In this document: in pieces, positions 55,215-64,000 of the stretch
How the letters are laid out: each line of letters begins with the position of its first letter
Numbering within the stretch: position 1 is the first letter of the stretch
DNA from: a virus
IMG/VR virus record: IMGVR_UViG_3300045988_042567
Location: 1 to 64,000 of that record
Length of the DNA stretch: 64,000 bases
Direction: 5' to 3' (one strand)
Notes under the pieces: generated by a model
Told to the model about the DNA's origin: nothing
The model's input: the letters and a program-made list of their open reading frames with translations, nothing else
Databases searched by the model: none
Translations under genes and position numbers: made by a program

Positions 55215-55868
55215 ATGACTTTAACTATTGATGATGTAATAGCTCTTAGAGCTAATTGTGATGACTATGTGAATGCTTTTAAGGTGTTAGAACAAAGTAA
55301 GCTAGACTTTCAACGAGCAGAGGATAATCTTATGAGTAATTTGCCAGCTGTTGGATTTAGAGTAACTGGTCAAACTAACATAGATGATCTTCCTACTATT
55401 GTTAAAGATAGTATGGTTTCTAAAGCCTCAAAGCAACTAGATTCCAGTAAGATAACCATTAATGATAGAGATGTAGAGAAACCTGTTCATCCTGTACAGG
55501 GACTAATGGGAACTCCTATTGAAATGGAGAACGGTGAAGTAAAGTATGCTGAGGGTGCATTCTGCGGAGTCACTGTGCGAACAATTGTGATAGACAGTCA
55601 TACATTTAGCGGTGGTGATACCAGAGCTACTTGCAGAGAAGCTCTGAAGTATTTGATAGATCAGCTTCTGTCAAATAAAATTGATCCAACAAAAAGTCAA
55701 TCTACTGAGTTGTTAGTGAGATTATATAATATTGCCAAAAAGTATGGTGTTAATTATTTTAATTCTAACACTATACCTATTGATGGCAATGGTGCAAATC
55801 CATTAAGAGCTGTATATTATGCTGCTAGATTACTAGAATTACCAAAGCCGATATTGTACTGTGTATAA
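55215..55868 (+). CDS. hypothetical protein
   Basis: 217-aa ORF. Confidence 0.5.
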   Translation: MTLTIDDVIALRANCDDYVNAFKVLEQSKLDFQRAEDNLMSNLPAVGFRVTGQTNIDDLPTIVKDSMVSKASKQLDSSKITINDRDVEKPVHPVQGLMGTPIEMENGEVKYAEGAFCGVTVRTIVIDSHTFSGGDTRATCREALKYLIDQLLSNKIDPTKSQSTELLVRLYNIAKKYGVNYFNSNTIPIDGNGANPLRAVYYAARLLELPKPILYCV

Positions 55869-56647
55869 TGCAACTGACGATTGATCAACTGTTAAATGGT
55901 AAAGCAACCAGAATAGGGAAGCGTAACTACTTCCCTACGGCTGCTTATGTAGAACCCTTCCTAGAAAGAATGTATAAGTTTACTAGTAACTTTATAGTAG
56001 AAGCAGAACTTCCTAAGCAAGTTACTAGAACAGCAGATGGAGAGGTTAATGCAGATGATATCACTTATAATCGTGTACTTATTCAAGCTGTAATGCCAGA
56101 GAATTGCAGAATAGATAATCACGATGAAGTTATTGGTATGGTATATGGATTAGATGTACGCAAACCAGTAGCTAAGATTTATAGAGGTGCTCTTAATAGA
56201 GCATGCACAAATTTGTGTGTCTTTGACCCAGAGTTCTTACAAGTTCAGAACTTAGAGTCTGAGAAGCCCATCAATTATAAAGCTGTCGAACACCTTTTAT
56301 CACAAACCAGTGATATTAAATTGATGTTGGACACCTTACATAATACTACATGGGAAGGAACTCCAAGTAATATAGACTCTAATCTAGGTAGATGGGTTAG
56401 AAACGCTATATCTATGACCTATAACGGTGGGTATGGAGACGTAAAGATAGGAACAGACCTTGTTGTTAAGGCTTATGGTTCTATGTTTGAGGACCCTGAT
56501 TCTAGCTATTATATAGGAGAGGGTAATGAAGTGGATATGTTTACTGTGTATAATGCATTTACTCAGTTAATTAGTAATGACAAGGGCAAAGATTTGATGA
56601 ATAGAGCAGAGAAGACTCTATTACTAAGAAACATATTAAACTTCTAA
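55868..56647 (+). CDS. hypothetical protein
   Basis: 259-aa ORF. Confidence 0.5.
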   Translation: MQLTIDQLLNGKATRIGKRNYFPTAAYVEPFLERMYKFTSNFIVEAELPKQVTRTADGEVNADDITYNRVLIQAVMPENCRIDNHDEVIGMVYGLDVRKPVAKIYRGALNRACTNLCVFDPEFLQVQNLESEKPINYKAVEHLLSQTSDIKLMLDTLHNTTWEGTPSNIDSNLGRWVRNAISMTYNGGYGDVKIGTDLVVKAYGSMFEDPDSSYYIGEGNEVDMFTVYNAFTQLISNDKGKDLMNRAEKTLLLRNILNF

Positions 56648-56652
56648 ATTGA

Positions 56653-58476
56653 ATGTTAGTAATTAAAAGAAACAAGAGAGTAGAACCTTTCGACATTAAT
56701 AAGATTGACGCGGCTATTACTAAGGCGTTCAATGCTGTTAACGAACCAATTGATTCCGACATTTTGGATGATATTAAAGATGAATTGTATATTAACAACA
56801 TAGTATCAGTAGAAGAGCTTCAAGATCAAATTGAAAAGGCTTTGATGGCTTGTGATTACTATGATGTTGCTAAAGCATTCATTTTGTATCGACATAAACA
56901 AGCTGAACTCAGAGCATTAGCTGGGAAGAAGCAGTTTATTAAGGATTATGCCAAAGCATCTAATGCTGCTACAGGCAGTAAATATGATGCTAATGCCAAT
57001 GTTACTGAGAAGAATATAGTAACTTTAAATGGAGAGTTGTTTAAGGGTGATGTAATTAAAGTTAACAGAGCTATTCTTACAGATAAAATTAGGCAGTTAT
57101 ATGGTGAAGATTTAGCTAAGGAGTATATCAGACAACTGGAATCTCATGAACTTTATAAGCATGACGAAACATCAATTATGCCCTACTGCGTGGCTATCAC
57201 TATGTATCCGTTTCTACTTGAAGGGTTACAACCAATTGGAGGTTTGTCTGCCAAGCCTAAGAATCTGGACTCCTTCTGCGGTATGTTTGTTAATCTGGTA
57301 TTTGCTATCAGCTCGCAATTCGCTGGAGCAGTAGCTACTGGTGAGTTCCTAATGTATTTCGATTACTTCGCTCGTAAAGAGTGGGGTGATGATTATTGGA
57401 AACGTCCAGAAGAGATGGTTGATAAACATAGAAATATTGATAAGACGTTAGAGCAGAAGTTCCAACAGATTGTATATTCAATCAATCAGCCAGCAGCTGC
57501 TCGTAACTTCCAATCAGTATTCTGGAATATCAGTTATTTTGACAAGAATTACTTTGAAGGCTTGTTTGGGGAGTTTGTATTCCCTGATGGAACTAAGCCC
57601 ATATGGGATTCTCTGAACTGGTTACAGAAGAAGTTCATGATTTGGTTTAATAATGAACGCACTAAGTGTATCTTAACATTCCCTGTGGAAACTGTAGCAC
57701 TTCTTACCGATGGTGAGGATGTGGTAGATAAAGAATGGGCAGACTTTACAGCAGAAATGTATAGTAAGGGACACTCATTCTTTACTTATATGTCTGATTC
57801 GGCAGACAGTCTATCAAGTTGTTGTAGACTTCGCAATGAAGTAACTGATAATCAATTTAGTTATTCTCTTGGAGCTGGTGGTATTGCTACTGGTAGTAAG
57901 TCTGTAATGACTTTAAATATTAATAGGTTAGTTCAAGATGCAGTCAATAATGGATATGATATGATTGAGTATTTACGTGAAAACGTTCAGAAAGTTCATA
58001 AATATCAAACTGCATATAATGAATTACTCAAAGACTATTTAAATGATGGTTTACTAACTGTCTACTCTGCTGGATTCATTCATATGAAGAAACAGTATTT
58101 AACTGTAGGTGTTAATGGAGTTATCGAAGCTGCTGAGTTCTTAGGAATTCCAGTTAATGACAATCCTACTTACAGAGAATTTATGCAATCTATCCTTAAG
58201 ACTATTAGCGATGAGAATCGCAAAGCTAAGACTAAGGAGTTGATGTTTAACTGTGAGTTTGTTCCAGCGGAGAACCTGGGAGTTAAACATGCTATGTGGG
58301 ACAGGAAGGCAGGTTACTTTGTACCGAGAGATTGCTACAATAGTTACTTCTATGCTGTAGAAGACACTTCCTTGACTATACTTGATAAATTTAAACTACA
58401 TGGTAAAGATTATATCAAGTATCTTGATGGTGAACAATCGCCTGTTATATCTTTGCGTCTAACCAGACGGGTATAG
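56653..58476 (+). CDS. nrdD: anaerobic ribonucleoside-triphosphate reductase NrdD, N-terminal and catalytic part (split gene)
   Basis: An N-terminal ATP-cone (VIKRNKRVEPFDINKIDAAITKAF). It is 607 aa but lacks the C-terminal zinc-ribbon and glycyl-radical segment, which is encoded downstream of an inserted homing-endonuclease gene. Confidence 0.75.
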   Translation: MLVIKRNKRVEPFDINKIDAAITKAFNAVNEPIDSDILDDIKDELYINNIVSVEELQDQIEKALMACDYYDVAKAFILYRHKQAELRALAGKKQFIKDYAKASNAATGSKYDANANVTEKNIVTLNGELFKGDVIKVNRAILTDKIRQLYGEDLAKEYIRQLESHELYKHDETSIMPYCVAITMYPFLLEGLQPIGGLSAKPKNLDSFCGMFVNLVFAISSQFAGAVATGEFLMYFDYFARKEWGDDYWKRPEEMVDKHRNIDKTLEQKFQQIVYSINQPAAARNFQSVFWNISYFDKNYFEGLFGEFVFPDGTKPIWDSLNWLQKKFMIWFNNERTKCILTFPVETVALLTDGEDVVDKEWADFTAEMYSKGHSFFTYMSDSADSLSSCCRLRNEVTDNQFSYSLGAGGIATGSKSVMTLNINRLVQDAVNNGYDMIEYLRENVQKVHKYQTAYNELLKDYLNDGLLTVYSAGFIHMKKQYLTVGVNGVIEAAEFLGIPVNDNPTYREFMQSILKTISDENRKAKTKELMFNCEFVPAENLGVKHAMWDRKAGYFVPRDCYNSYFYAVEDTSLTILDKFKLHGKDYIKYLDGEQSPVISLRLTRRV

Positions 58477-58614
58477 TAATTAACTATGCTAACGGGGAAG
58501 CCTGAAGCTTGAGTCGTGAGACTAGATGTATGGTAATCCCGTGGGAAATTAATTATGATGTATGAGTTGCACATCTCCATTTAAATTAGTAAATTTGTAG
58601 AAATTATTAATATA

Positions 58615-59397
58615 ATGATTATCTATAAAATTACTAACAGTATTAACGGCAAGGTGTATATAGGTTTAACTACAGTTACACTAGAAGCAAGATGGAGAGG
58701 TCACATAAGAGACAGTAGAGTGTGTGATAGACATTTATATAGGTCTATGCGTAAATATGGTCTTGAGAACTTTACTATAGAAGAGATAGATAATACTGAC
58801 GACTTTAAGAAGCTTGGGGAATTAGAGAGATATTATATAAAGGCCTTTGATTCCAGAAATCCTGATAAAGGATATAATATTACTGGAGGAGGTGAATCTA
58901 ACCAGTTAGACGGAAACCCTAGAGCTAAACTTAAAGTGGAAGATGTAATTCAAATTCGAGAGATCTATTCTTATGGAGACTTGAGATGTAAAGAATGTTG
59001 GGAGATGTTTAAGGATAGAATTTCCTACTCAGCATTTCAGAAGATTTGGGAAGGAATTACTTGGCAGTCTATTATGCCAGAAGTTTATACCGAATCTAAC
59101 AAAGCACATCACAGTTCTCAAAAGAGTAATCCAGGAAGTTTGAATGGTAATGCAATATACTCTGACGAAGAAGTCTTAGAGATACGTAAGTATTATACTA
59201 ATCATACTCTGACAGAAACATATGAGAAGTATGGTAGCAGAAGTAAATCTAAAGATAGTTTTAGAGGTTTAATTGCTAATTCATATAAACATCTTCCAAT
59301 CTATAGTAAAGTTAAATCTGCCTGGCTACTTAATGGTCAGGAGATAAACATTGATAATTATAATCCTGTATCGACTATCCTCGGATCGGAGGAGTAA
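58615..59397 (+). mobile_element. GIY-YIG homing endonuclease gene inserted in nrdD
   Basis: GIY-YIG motifs IYKITNSINGKVYIGLT...R...H...E...YNITGGG, lying between the two nrdD parts. Confidence 0.75.
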
Positions 59398-59479
59398 GGC
59401 AGCTATTGGTACGCTGTTTGAAATGGATATTGCGGAAGTGCTTCCGTTAAGATATAGTCAGTGCTAATGGAAACATTAG

Positions 59480-59776
59480 ATAAACACGGGTTCTGCTCTT
59501 CATATGAATTTAGATGAACATCTTAGTAAAGAACAGTATCGTAATTTATTAAAGGTTGCGGCTGTCAATGGTACTAACTATTTCACATTTAATATTCCAA
59601 ATACTATTTGTAATGATTGTGGACATATTGATAAAAGATATCTCAAGGAATGTCCTAAGTGTGGTAGTAAGAACATTGATTATGCTACTAGAGTTATCGG
59701 TTATTTAAAACGTGTTAGCAACTTCAGTCAAGCAAGACAAGAAGAAGCTAGCAGAAGATTCTACGCACATGCTTAA
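59480..59776 (+). CDS. nrdD: NrdD C-terminal part (zinc ribbon plus glycyl-radical motif)
   Basis: CNDCGH...CPKCGS followed by ATRVIGYLKR, matching the RVxGY glycyl-radical motif. The open frame extends upstream to 59480, with the first ATG at 59504. Confidence 0.7.
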   Translation: MNTGSALHMNLDEHLSKEQYRNLLKVAAVNGTNYFTFNIPNTICNDCGHIDKRYLKECPKCGSKNIDYATRVIGYLKRVSNFSQARQEEASRRFYAHA

Positions 59777-60344
59777 ATATGTAGGATATGATATAGTATT
59801 CAGGGAAATTCCTGATGAAACCACTCTTGCCATTAATATATCCAATTGTCCATGTCATTGTAAGGGCTGTCATAGCTCTTACTTGGCAGAGGATATTGGA
59901 GAACCTCTAACAATTACTAGGATAGAGAAACTCATTAATGAGAATAAAGGTATTACTGCTATCTGTTTTATGGGTGGCGATAATGACCCTAAACTCATTA
60001 ATCACTATGCTGGTTTAGTAAGGACATTAACTACTACTAAGATAGTAGATTCCTTTACTATTCATAAAGAGGTAAAGTTTCCTAAGGTAACAATTCCAGC
60101 CGAAACTGAAATGCAATGGCAAGAAACAGTACCACTTAACATAAAGATTGGGTGGTATAGTGGTAGAGCTACTTTGGCAGAGGAAATTGAACTGAAGAAC
60201 TTTAATTACGTTAAGCTCGGACCTTACATTGAAGAATGTGGACCGCTTAATAATCCAAACACTAACCAAAGGCTTTATAAGGTTATAGTTGAGGATGGAG
60301 AGTACAAGTTAACAAACATAACTTACAAATTTTGGGATAAATAG
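59769..60344 (+). CDS. nrdG: anaerobic RNR activating protein NrdG (radical SAM)
   Basis: A CPCHCKGC cluster matching C-x3-C-x2-C, lying directly downstream of nrdD. The start is taken as ATG 59769, overlapping the nrdD-C stop; the track ORF begins at 59712. Confidence 0.7.
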   Translation: MLKYVGYDIVFREIPDETTLAINISNCPCHCKGCHSSYLAEDIGEPLTITRIEKLINENKGITAICFMGGDNDPKLINHYAGLVRTLTTTKIVDSFTIHKEVKFPKVTIPAETEMQWQETVPLNIKIGWYSGRATLAEEIELKNFNYVKLGPYIEECGPLNNPNTNQRLYKVIVEDGEYKLTNITYKFWDK

Positions 60345-60346
60345 TT

Positions 60347-61711
60347 ATGAACAAGATAGCTTGGTCAGATGAGCAGTTGTATGCTATTGATAAGATGATT
60401 AAATTCTTAGATAGTCCGGAAAGGATATTAGTTCTTACTGGATATGCTGGAGTAGGTAAAACAGCAGTCATGAATGAGTTCGTACAGTATTTAGATAGTA
60501 CCAAAGGAACAGAATTCTTTAAGTTGTGTGCTCCTACTCACAAGGCTAAAGCAGTCCTAGAGATGGCTACAGGCTATACAGCTACTACATTACATAAACT
60601 ATTAGCATTATCTCCCAAGCTAGATATATTTAACTTAGACTACAAGGATTTAAAGTTTTATTCTGAAGGTATGGGTAACATTCCTAATAAGGGATTAATT
60701 ATCATAGATGAAGCCTCTATGGTTAGTGATGAACTTTATGATTTACTTGTAGACTATTGTGAATTTTATCAGTGTAAGATTCTGTTTATAGGAGATATTG
60801 CCCAAATAGCTCCCGTGAATAATGGAGGTCTTAGTAAGGTATTTGAACATGAGAATGTGATACGTCTTACTAAGATATTCAGACAAGATGAAGACACTGC
60901 CCTAGCACCCATATTATTAACATTAAGAGAGAATCCTATAGCTAGATTTGAAACACGAATCGGAGAGAAGGGTTCTCTCTTTTGTTATAATAATGCTAAA
61001 GAGTTTATGCTAGATGCCTTGCCAGAAATTAAGTATGGTATGACACATAATAATGTAAACCATACTAAACTTATAGCATATACTAATAAGCGCGTAAAAG
61101 GTTTTAATGATTGTGTCAGAAGATTATTATTTACGGATAATGAGCCATATCATAAATCAGAATTTCTAACTGGATGTGAGAATTTTGAATACGATGGCGA
61201 CATATTCTTTAATTCTTCTGACTACATTATTGTTAACATACGCAGAACCTCTAGAAACATTCCTCATTTTATGAGACTTTCAGGGTTCGAGCTGAGCCTA
61301 TATGATAGCGTTGATAAGAGATTAATGAACGTATTCATAATAGACCCAGATAATATAAATCCTGACTACTTACATACACTTGCTCAGAAGATAGAATCTG
61401 TAAGGCTTGATGCAATACAAGCTAAAAAGTGGAGTAATAGGACTAAATCTAAGTATTTATGGGGTATATATTTCGATATGGTAAAATCGTTTGCTACTCC
61501 AGTTCCTCTGTTATTTGATAATAGAGTTATTAAGCCACAGACGTTCGACTATGGTTATGCCATAACTGCACACAGAAGTCAAGGGAGTTCCTATAACAAT
61601 GTGTTCGTAGACATGGGTAATCTAAAGTTGGATAGAGACATTAACGAGCTTAGACAGCTTCAATATGTATCTTTATCAAGAACCAAAACTAATGCTTATA
61701 TATTAAGTTAA
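60347..61711 (+). CDS. Dda/RecD-like SF1 DNA helicase
   Basis: Walker A motif LTGYAGVGKTAV, Walker B motif LIIIDEASM, and C-terminal SF1 motifs (AITAHRSQGSS; YVSLSRTK). Confidence 0.7.
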   Translation: MNKIAWSDEQLYAIDKMIKFLDSPERILVLTGYAGVGKTAVMNEFVQYLDSTKGTEFFKLCAPTHKAKAVLEMATGYTATTLHKLLALSPKLDIFNLDYKDLKFYSEGMGNIPNKGLIIIDEASMVSDELYDLLVDYCEFYQCKILFIGDIAQIAPVNNGGLSKVFEHENVIRLTKIFRQDEDTALAPILLTLRENPIARFETRIGEKGSLFCYNNAKEFMLDALPEIKYGMTHNNVNHTKLIAYTNKRVKGFNDCVRRLLFTDNEPYHKSEFLTGCENFEYDGDIFFNSSDYIIVNIRRTSRNIPHFMRLSGFELSLYDSVDKRLMNVFIIDPDNINPDYLHTLAQKIESVRLDAIQAKKWSNRTKSKYLWGIYFDMVKSFATPVPLLFDNRVIKPQTFDYGYAITAHRSQGSSYNNVFVDMGNLKLDRDINELRQLQYVSLSRTKTNAYILS

Positions 61712-61716
61712 TTACT

Positions 61717-62133
61717 ATGCACTACACAGATTTTATTCAATTAGCAAGATCAAAGGGATTTGAAAATCCAGGGCAGTTATATATGACTGCCTATCATTTA
61801 GGACTTAATACTGCCACTGAAGCAGAGTTAGAACCATTTCTAAACACATGTTCCGAAGAAGAAAGTATATGGAATGGCATCTATGAATACAGAATTAACG
61901 GTAAAGTTATTCTTATTCTAGATGATGGCGATGCTAATAGAGTAGTTAACAACTATAGAGACTCACTTAAACAAACAATGGAGGGTCAGTCTAATCAACC
62001 ATCTGTAGTGACATGTAAAGAGATGGCTGATGCTTACTATGACAGTATATTTGATGTGTTTGATACTGTTCAGGAAGTAGAACTAGAAATAGATGGAATT
62101 ATATTTCCTAAATATTATATAGTTGAATGCTAA
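61717..62133 (+). CDS. hypothetical protein
   Basis: 138-aa ORF. Confidence 0.45.
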   Translation: MHYTDFIQLARSKGFENPGQLYMTAYHLGLNTATEAELEPFLNTCSEEESIWNGIYEYRINGKVILILDDGDANRVVNNYRDSLKQTMEGQSNQPSVVTCKEMADAYYDSIFDVFDTVQEVELEIDGIIFPKYYIVEC

Positions 62134-62648
62134 CGTTTAAATATGTTTATGATAGCCAGTCTTCCACTAAGTTGAGAGATCAATTAACAGAAATGGCTGG
62201 GTATTGCTTCAATTTAGAAACCTTCGATATAAACCATTACAAGGAGCGTAAGAAGGCATTCAAGATTAAAGGAAGTTGCAGTGCCAGAGAGAATCCATTC
62301 CTAGCAGTCTATGATAATGATTTATTAGTAAAGGCATTTTATACCGAAGCTGACGAATGTAAATTTGAAGTTATTATCAAATGGTTCAAAGAGTACTCTT
62401 TAGAACATGCTAAGAAAGGATATATGGTTATCACTAAGATTGAGGGAATTAATAATGCTAGACAAAAGGTAGGGTTTACAGAATCAGGTACAACCCCTGC
62501 CTTTATAGAAGGTCTACCATTAGTCCTTGATAATACTGATAGGTGGTACACTACTTCCAATATAATGTCTATAGATTGGAATAAAAAGATATTTAAAACT
62601 AAGAATTCAATTTATTCGTTTACACTCAATGAAAGTACAAGTAATTAA
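62127..62648 (+). CDS. hypothetical protein
   Basis: 173-aa ORF. Confidence 0.45.
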   Translation: MLTFKYVYDSQSSTKLRDQLTEMAGYCFNLETFDINHYKERKKAFKIKGSCSARENPFLAVYDNDLLVKAFYTEADECKFEVIIKWFKEYSLEHAKKGYMVITKIEGINNARQKVGFTESGTTPAFIEGLPLVLDNTDRWYTTSNIMSIDWNKKIFKTKNSIYSFTLNESTSN

Positions 62649-63159
62649 TTTATCCAACAACAAACTTCCTCAGTATGAAACTTCCATGTCAGCAGGCATG
62701 GATGTACGTGCAGACTTTAGTAGAGTAACAGTTGATAATCCTATTAAAGCCTTTGGTGACTGTGAGGTCGTATTTGCATCACCTAAAATGGACGGTAATA
62801 AAGTAACTATGCTAAGATTGGATCCAGGAGCTAGAGCACTTATTCCAACTGGACTAAGAATTGCTCTTCCAGAGCCTACAGATGGATTAGTAGCAGAATG
62901 TCAAGTAAGACCTAGGAGTGGACTAGCTCTGAAAAAAGGAATTACTGTACTTAACACGCCTGGCACTGTAGATGCAGATTTCAGAGATGAAGTACATATC
63001 ATTCTTATCAATCAAGGTCATGAAGCAGTATGGATTGAAGACAAGGAACGCATTGCACAGTTAGTCTTTGGCTGGGCTGCTAAGGCTGAATGGGAAGAAG
63101 TTGCTAGATTAAATGAGACAGATCGTAAAGGTGGATTTGGACACACTGGAACTAATTAA
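62629..63159 (+). CDS. dut: dUTPase (trimeric dUTP pyrophosphatase)
   Basis: Motifs [26 protein letters not shown] and the C-terminal glycine-rich segment RKGGFGHTG. Confidence 0.8.
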   Translation: MKVQVINLSNNKLPQYETSMSAGMDVRADFSRVTVDNPIKAFGDCEVVFASPKMDGNKVTMLRLDPGARALIPTGLRIALPEPTDGLVAECQVRPRSGLALKKGITVLNTPGTVDADFRDEVHIILINQGHEAVWIEDKERIAQLVFGWAAKAEWEEVARLNETDRKGGFGHTGTN

Positions 63160-63176
63160 TTATTGTTTAAATTTGT

Positions 63177-63389
63177 ATGTTAAGCTCAGAAGAAGTAATA
63201 ACTAGAAGTAAGCAAATTACGGAATTAGGCATAGAAATCCAGAAAGCCTATGCTATGCAATTTGAATATCGTGCGAAGGCAGAGGAAGCAGAGGAGATGG
63301 CCAAGAAGTTAGCCACAGAGCGTGCTGAATTAATAAACTCGCTCATTAAAGATTGTAATGAATCTGTAACTATTGACGATCTTGATTAA
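63177..63389 (+). CDS. hypothetical coiled-coil protein
   Basis: 70-aa ORF. Confidence 0.4.
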   Translation: MLSSEEVITRSKQITELGIEIQKAYAMQFEYRAKAEEAEEMAKKLATERAELINSLIKDCNESVTIDDLD

Positions 63390-63411
63390 TTGCATAAGAG
63401 TGTAAATTAAT

Positions 63412-64000
63412 ATGGACATATTAGTAACTAAAGACAACAAGGGTAAAACTAGAGTAGTTGAGATTAGTTACGAATGGGATGATGCTCAACATGGGTTTGT
63501 TATTAGAAGAAAGACATATCAATATGGTGGTAAAGTAACTGTACAGCCAGAGATATGGATTTATAAAGGTAAGGTTAAAAGAACCGTATCTGAACAGGCA
63601 CGATTAGAGTATAATTCTCATTTAAAGAAATACACAGATAAAGGGTATAAACTGCTACCATCTTCAATTAAAATTAATAATGCTGTAGCAGTTGAGGCAT
63701 TTGTTGAGGAACACTTAGGTAATGGTGTTACTGATTCAAATGGATTTAAGAAGCATATGTTAGCTAAACAAGCTGACAAAGTTGCTACTAGTGTGTTTGA
63801 TAAAATCAAATACTGGTACGGTAGCAGAAAGATAGATGGAGTTAGATGCTCCTTCTATTGGAAGGATGGGGAAGTAAGAACTGCCTCTAAAGGAGGTGGT
63901 GATTACGATGCTTCAACCTCCTTCATGCGTCATAATCCAAAACTTATTCAATTCTTTGAAGAACATCCTGATATTGTATTAGACGGTGAACTATATAAAC
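63412..64000 (+). CDS. ATP-dependent DNA ligase (5' part; it runs off the window end)
   Basis: An open frame from ATG 63412 with no stop before the window end. It has ligase motif I SRKIDGVRC (KxDGxR) and motif III LDGELY. It is absent from the ORF track because no stop codon falls in the window. Confidence 0.65.
   Translation, partial: MDILVTKDNKGKTRVVEISYEWDDAQHGFVIRRKTYQYGGKVTVQPEIWIYKGKVKRTVSEQARLEYNSHLKKYTDKGYKLLPSSIKINNAVAVEAFVEEHLGNGVTDSNGFKKHMLAKQADKVATSVFDKIKYWYGSRKIDGVRCSFYWKDGEVRTASKGGGDYDASTSFMRHNPKLIQFFEEHPDIVLDGELYK

Noticed and set aside
2762-60504. About 35 minus-strand ORFs of 60-200 aa in the six-frame track.
   Set aside because: They all lie wholly inside longer + strand genes or tRNAs. 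There is no independent start context, the products are low-complexity, and the whole window is otherwise a single-strand gene array. They are treated as spurious.
1-64000. A CRISPR array, rRNA genes, an integrase or transposase, or terminal repeats.
   Set aside because: No regularly spaced direct repeats, no rRNA-like conserved stretches and no recombinase motifs were seen in this window.

Overview
The window is an AT-rich stretch (roughly 35% GC by eye) that reads as part of a large tailed-phage genome. Essentially every credible gene is on the + strand, with short or overlapping junctions between genes; the minus-strand ORFs in the track look spurious. About 24 canonical tRNA genes (with anticodons for around 17 amino acids, plus several CAT tRNAs) and several degenerate tRNA-like elements lie between roughly 10.6 kb and 36.5 kb.

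Recognisable coding content is an early/middle replication and nucleotide-metabolism module:
- an anaerobic RNR (nrdD) split by a GIY-YIG homing endonuclease, followed by nrdG
- dUTPase, RNase H and a deoxyribonucleotidase
- a DnaB-like helicase, a TOPRIM primase, SF1 (Dda-like) and SF2 helicases
- an ATP-dependent DNA ligase that runs off the window end
- a metallophosphoesterase and a YqaJ-like nuclease

Non-standard cargo includes:
- an NfeD plus flotillin (SPFH) operon
- a bactofilin
- two vWA-domain proteins and an AAA+ ATPase
- a PurA-family adenylosuccinate-synthetase homologue (candidate PurZ)
- two ParB/Srx-like proteins
- a C-terminal-vWA protein that may be Ro60/TROVE-like, flanked by tRNA-like structured RNAs

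The most notable sequence-level observations are:
- a textbook type I hammerhead ribozyme core at 4451-4523
- a candidate amber-suppressor tRNA (anticodon CUA) at 12768-12839
- a hairpin motif repeated six times immediately upstream of tRNA genes
- several large ORF-free structured regions: 242-569 (part of a shared motif), 6003-6650, 8160-8528 and 10250-10820
- Bacteroidetes-type promoters (TTG-N20-TAnnTTTG), which suggest a Bacteroidetes host

No CRISPR array, rRNA, integrase or transposase was seen. Functional calls rest on motif recognition by eye only, so they are tentative.
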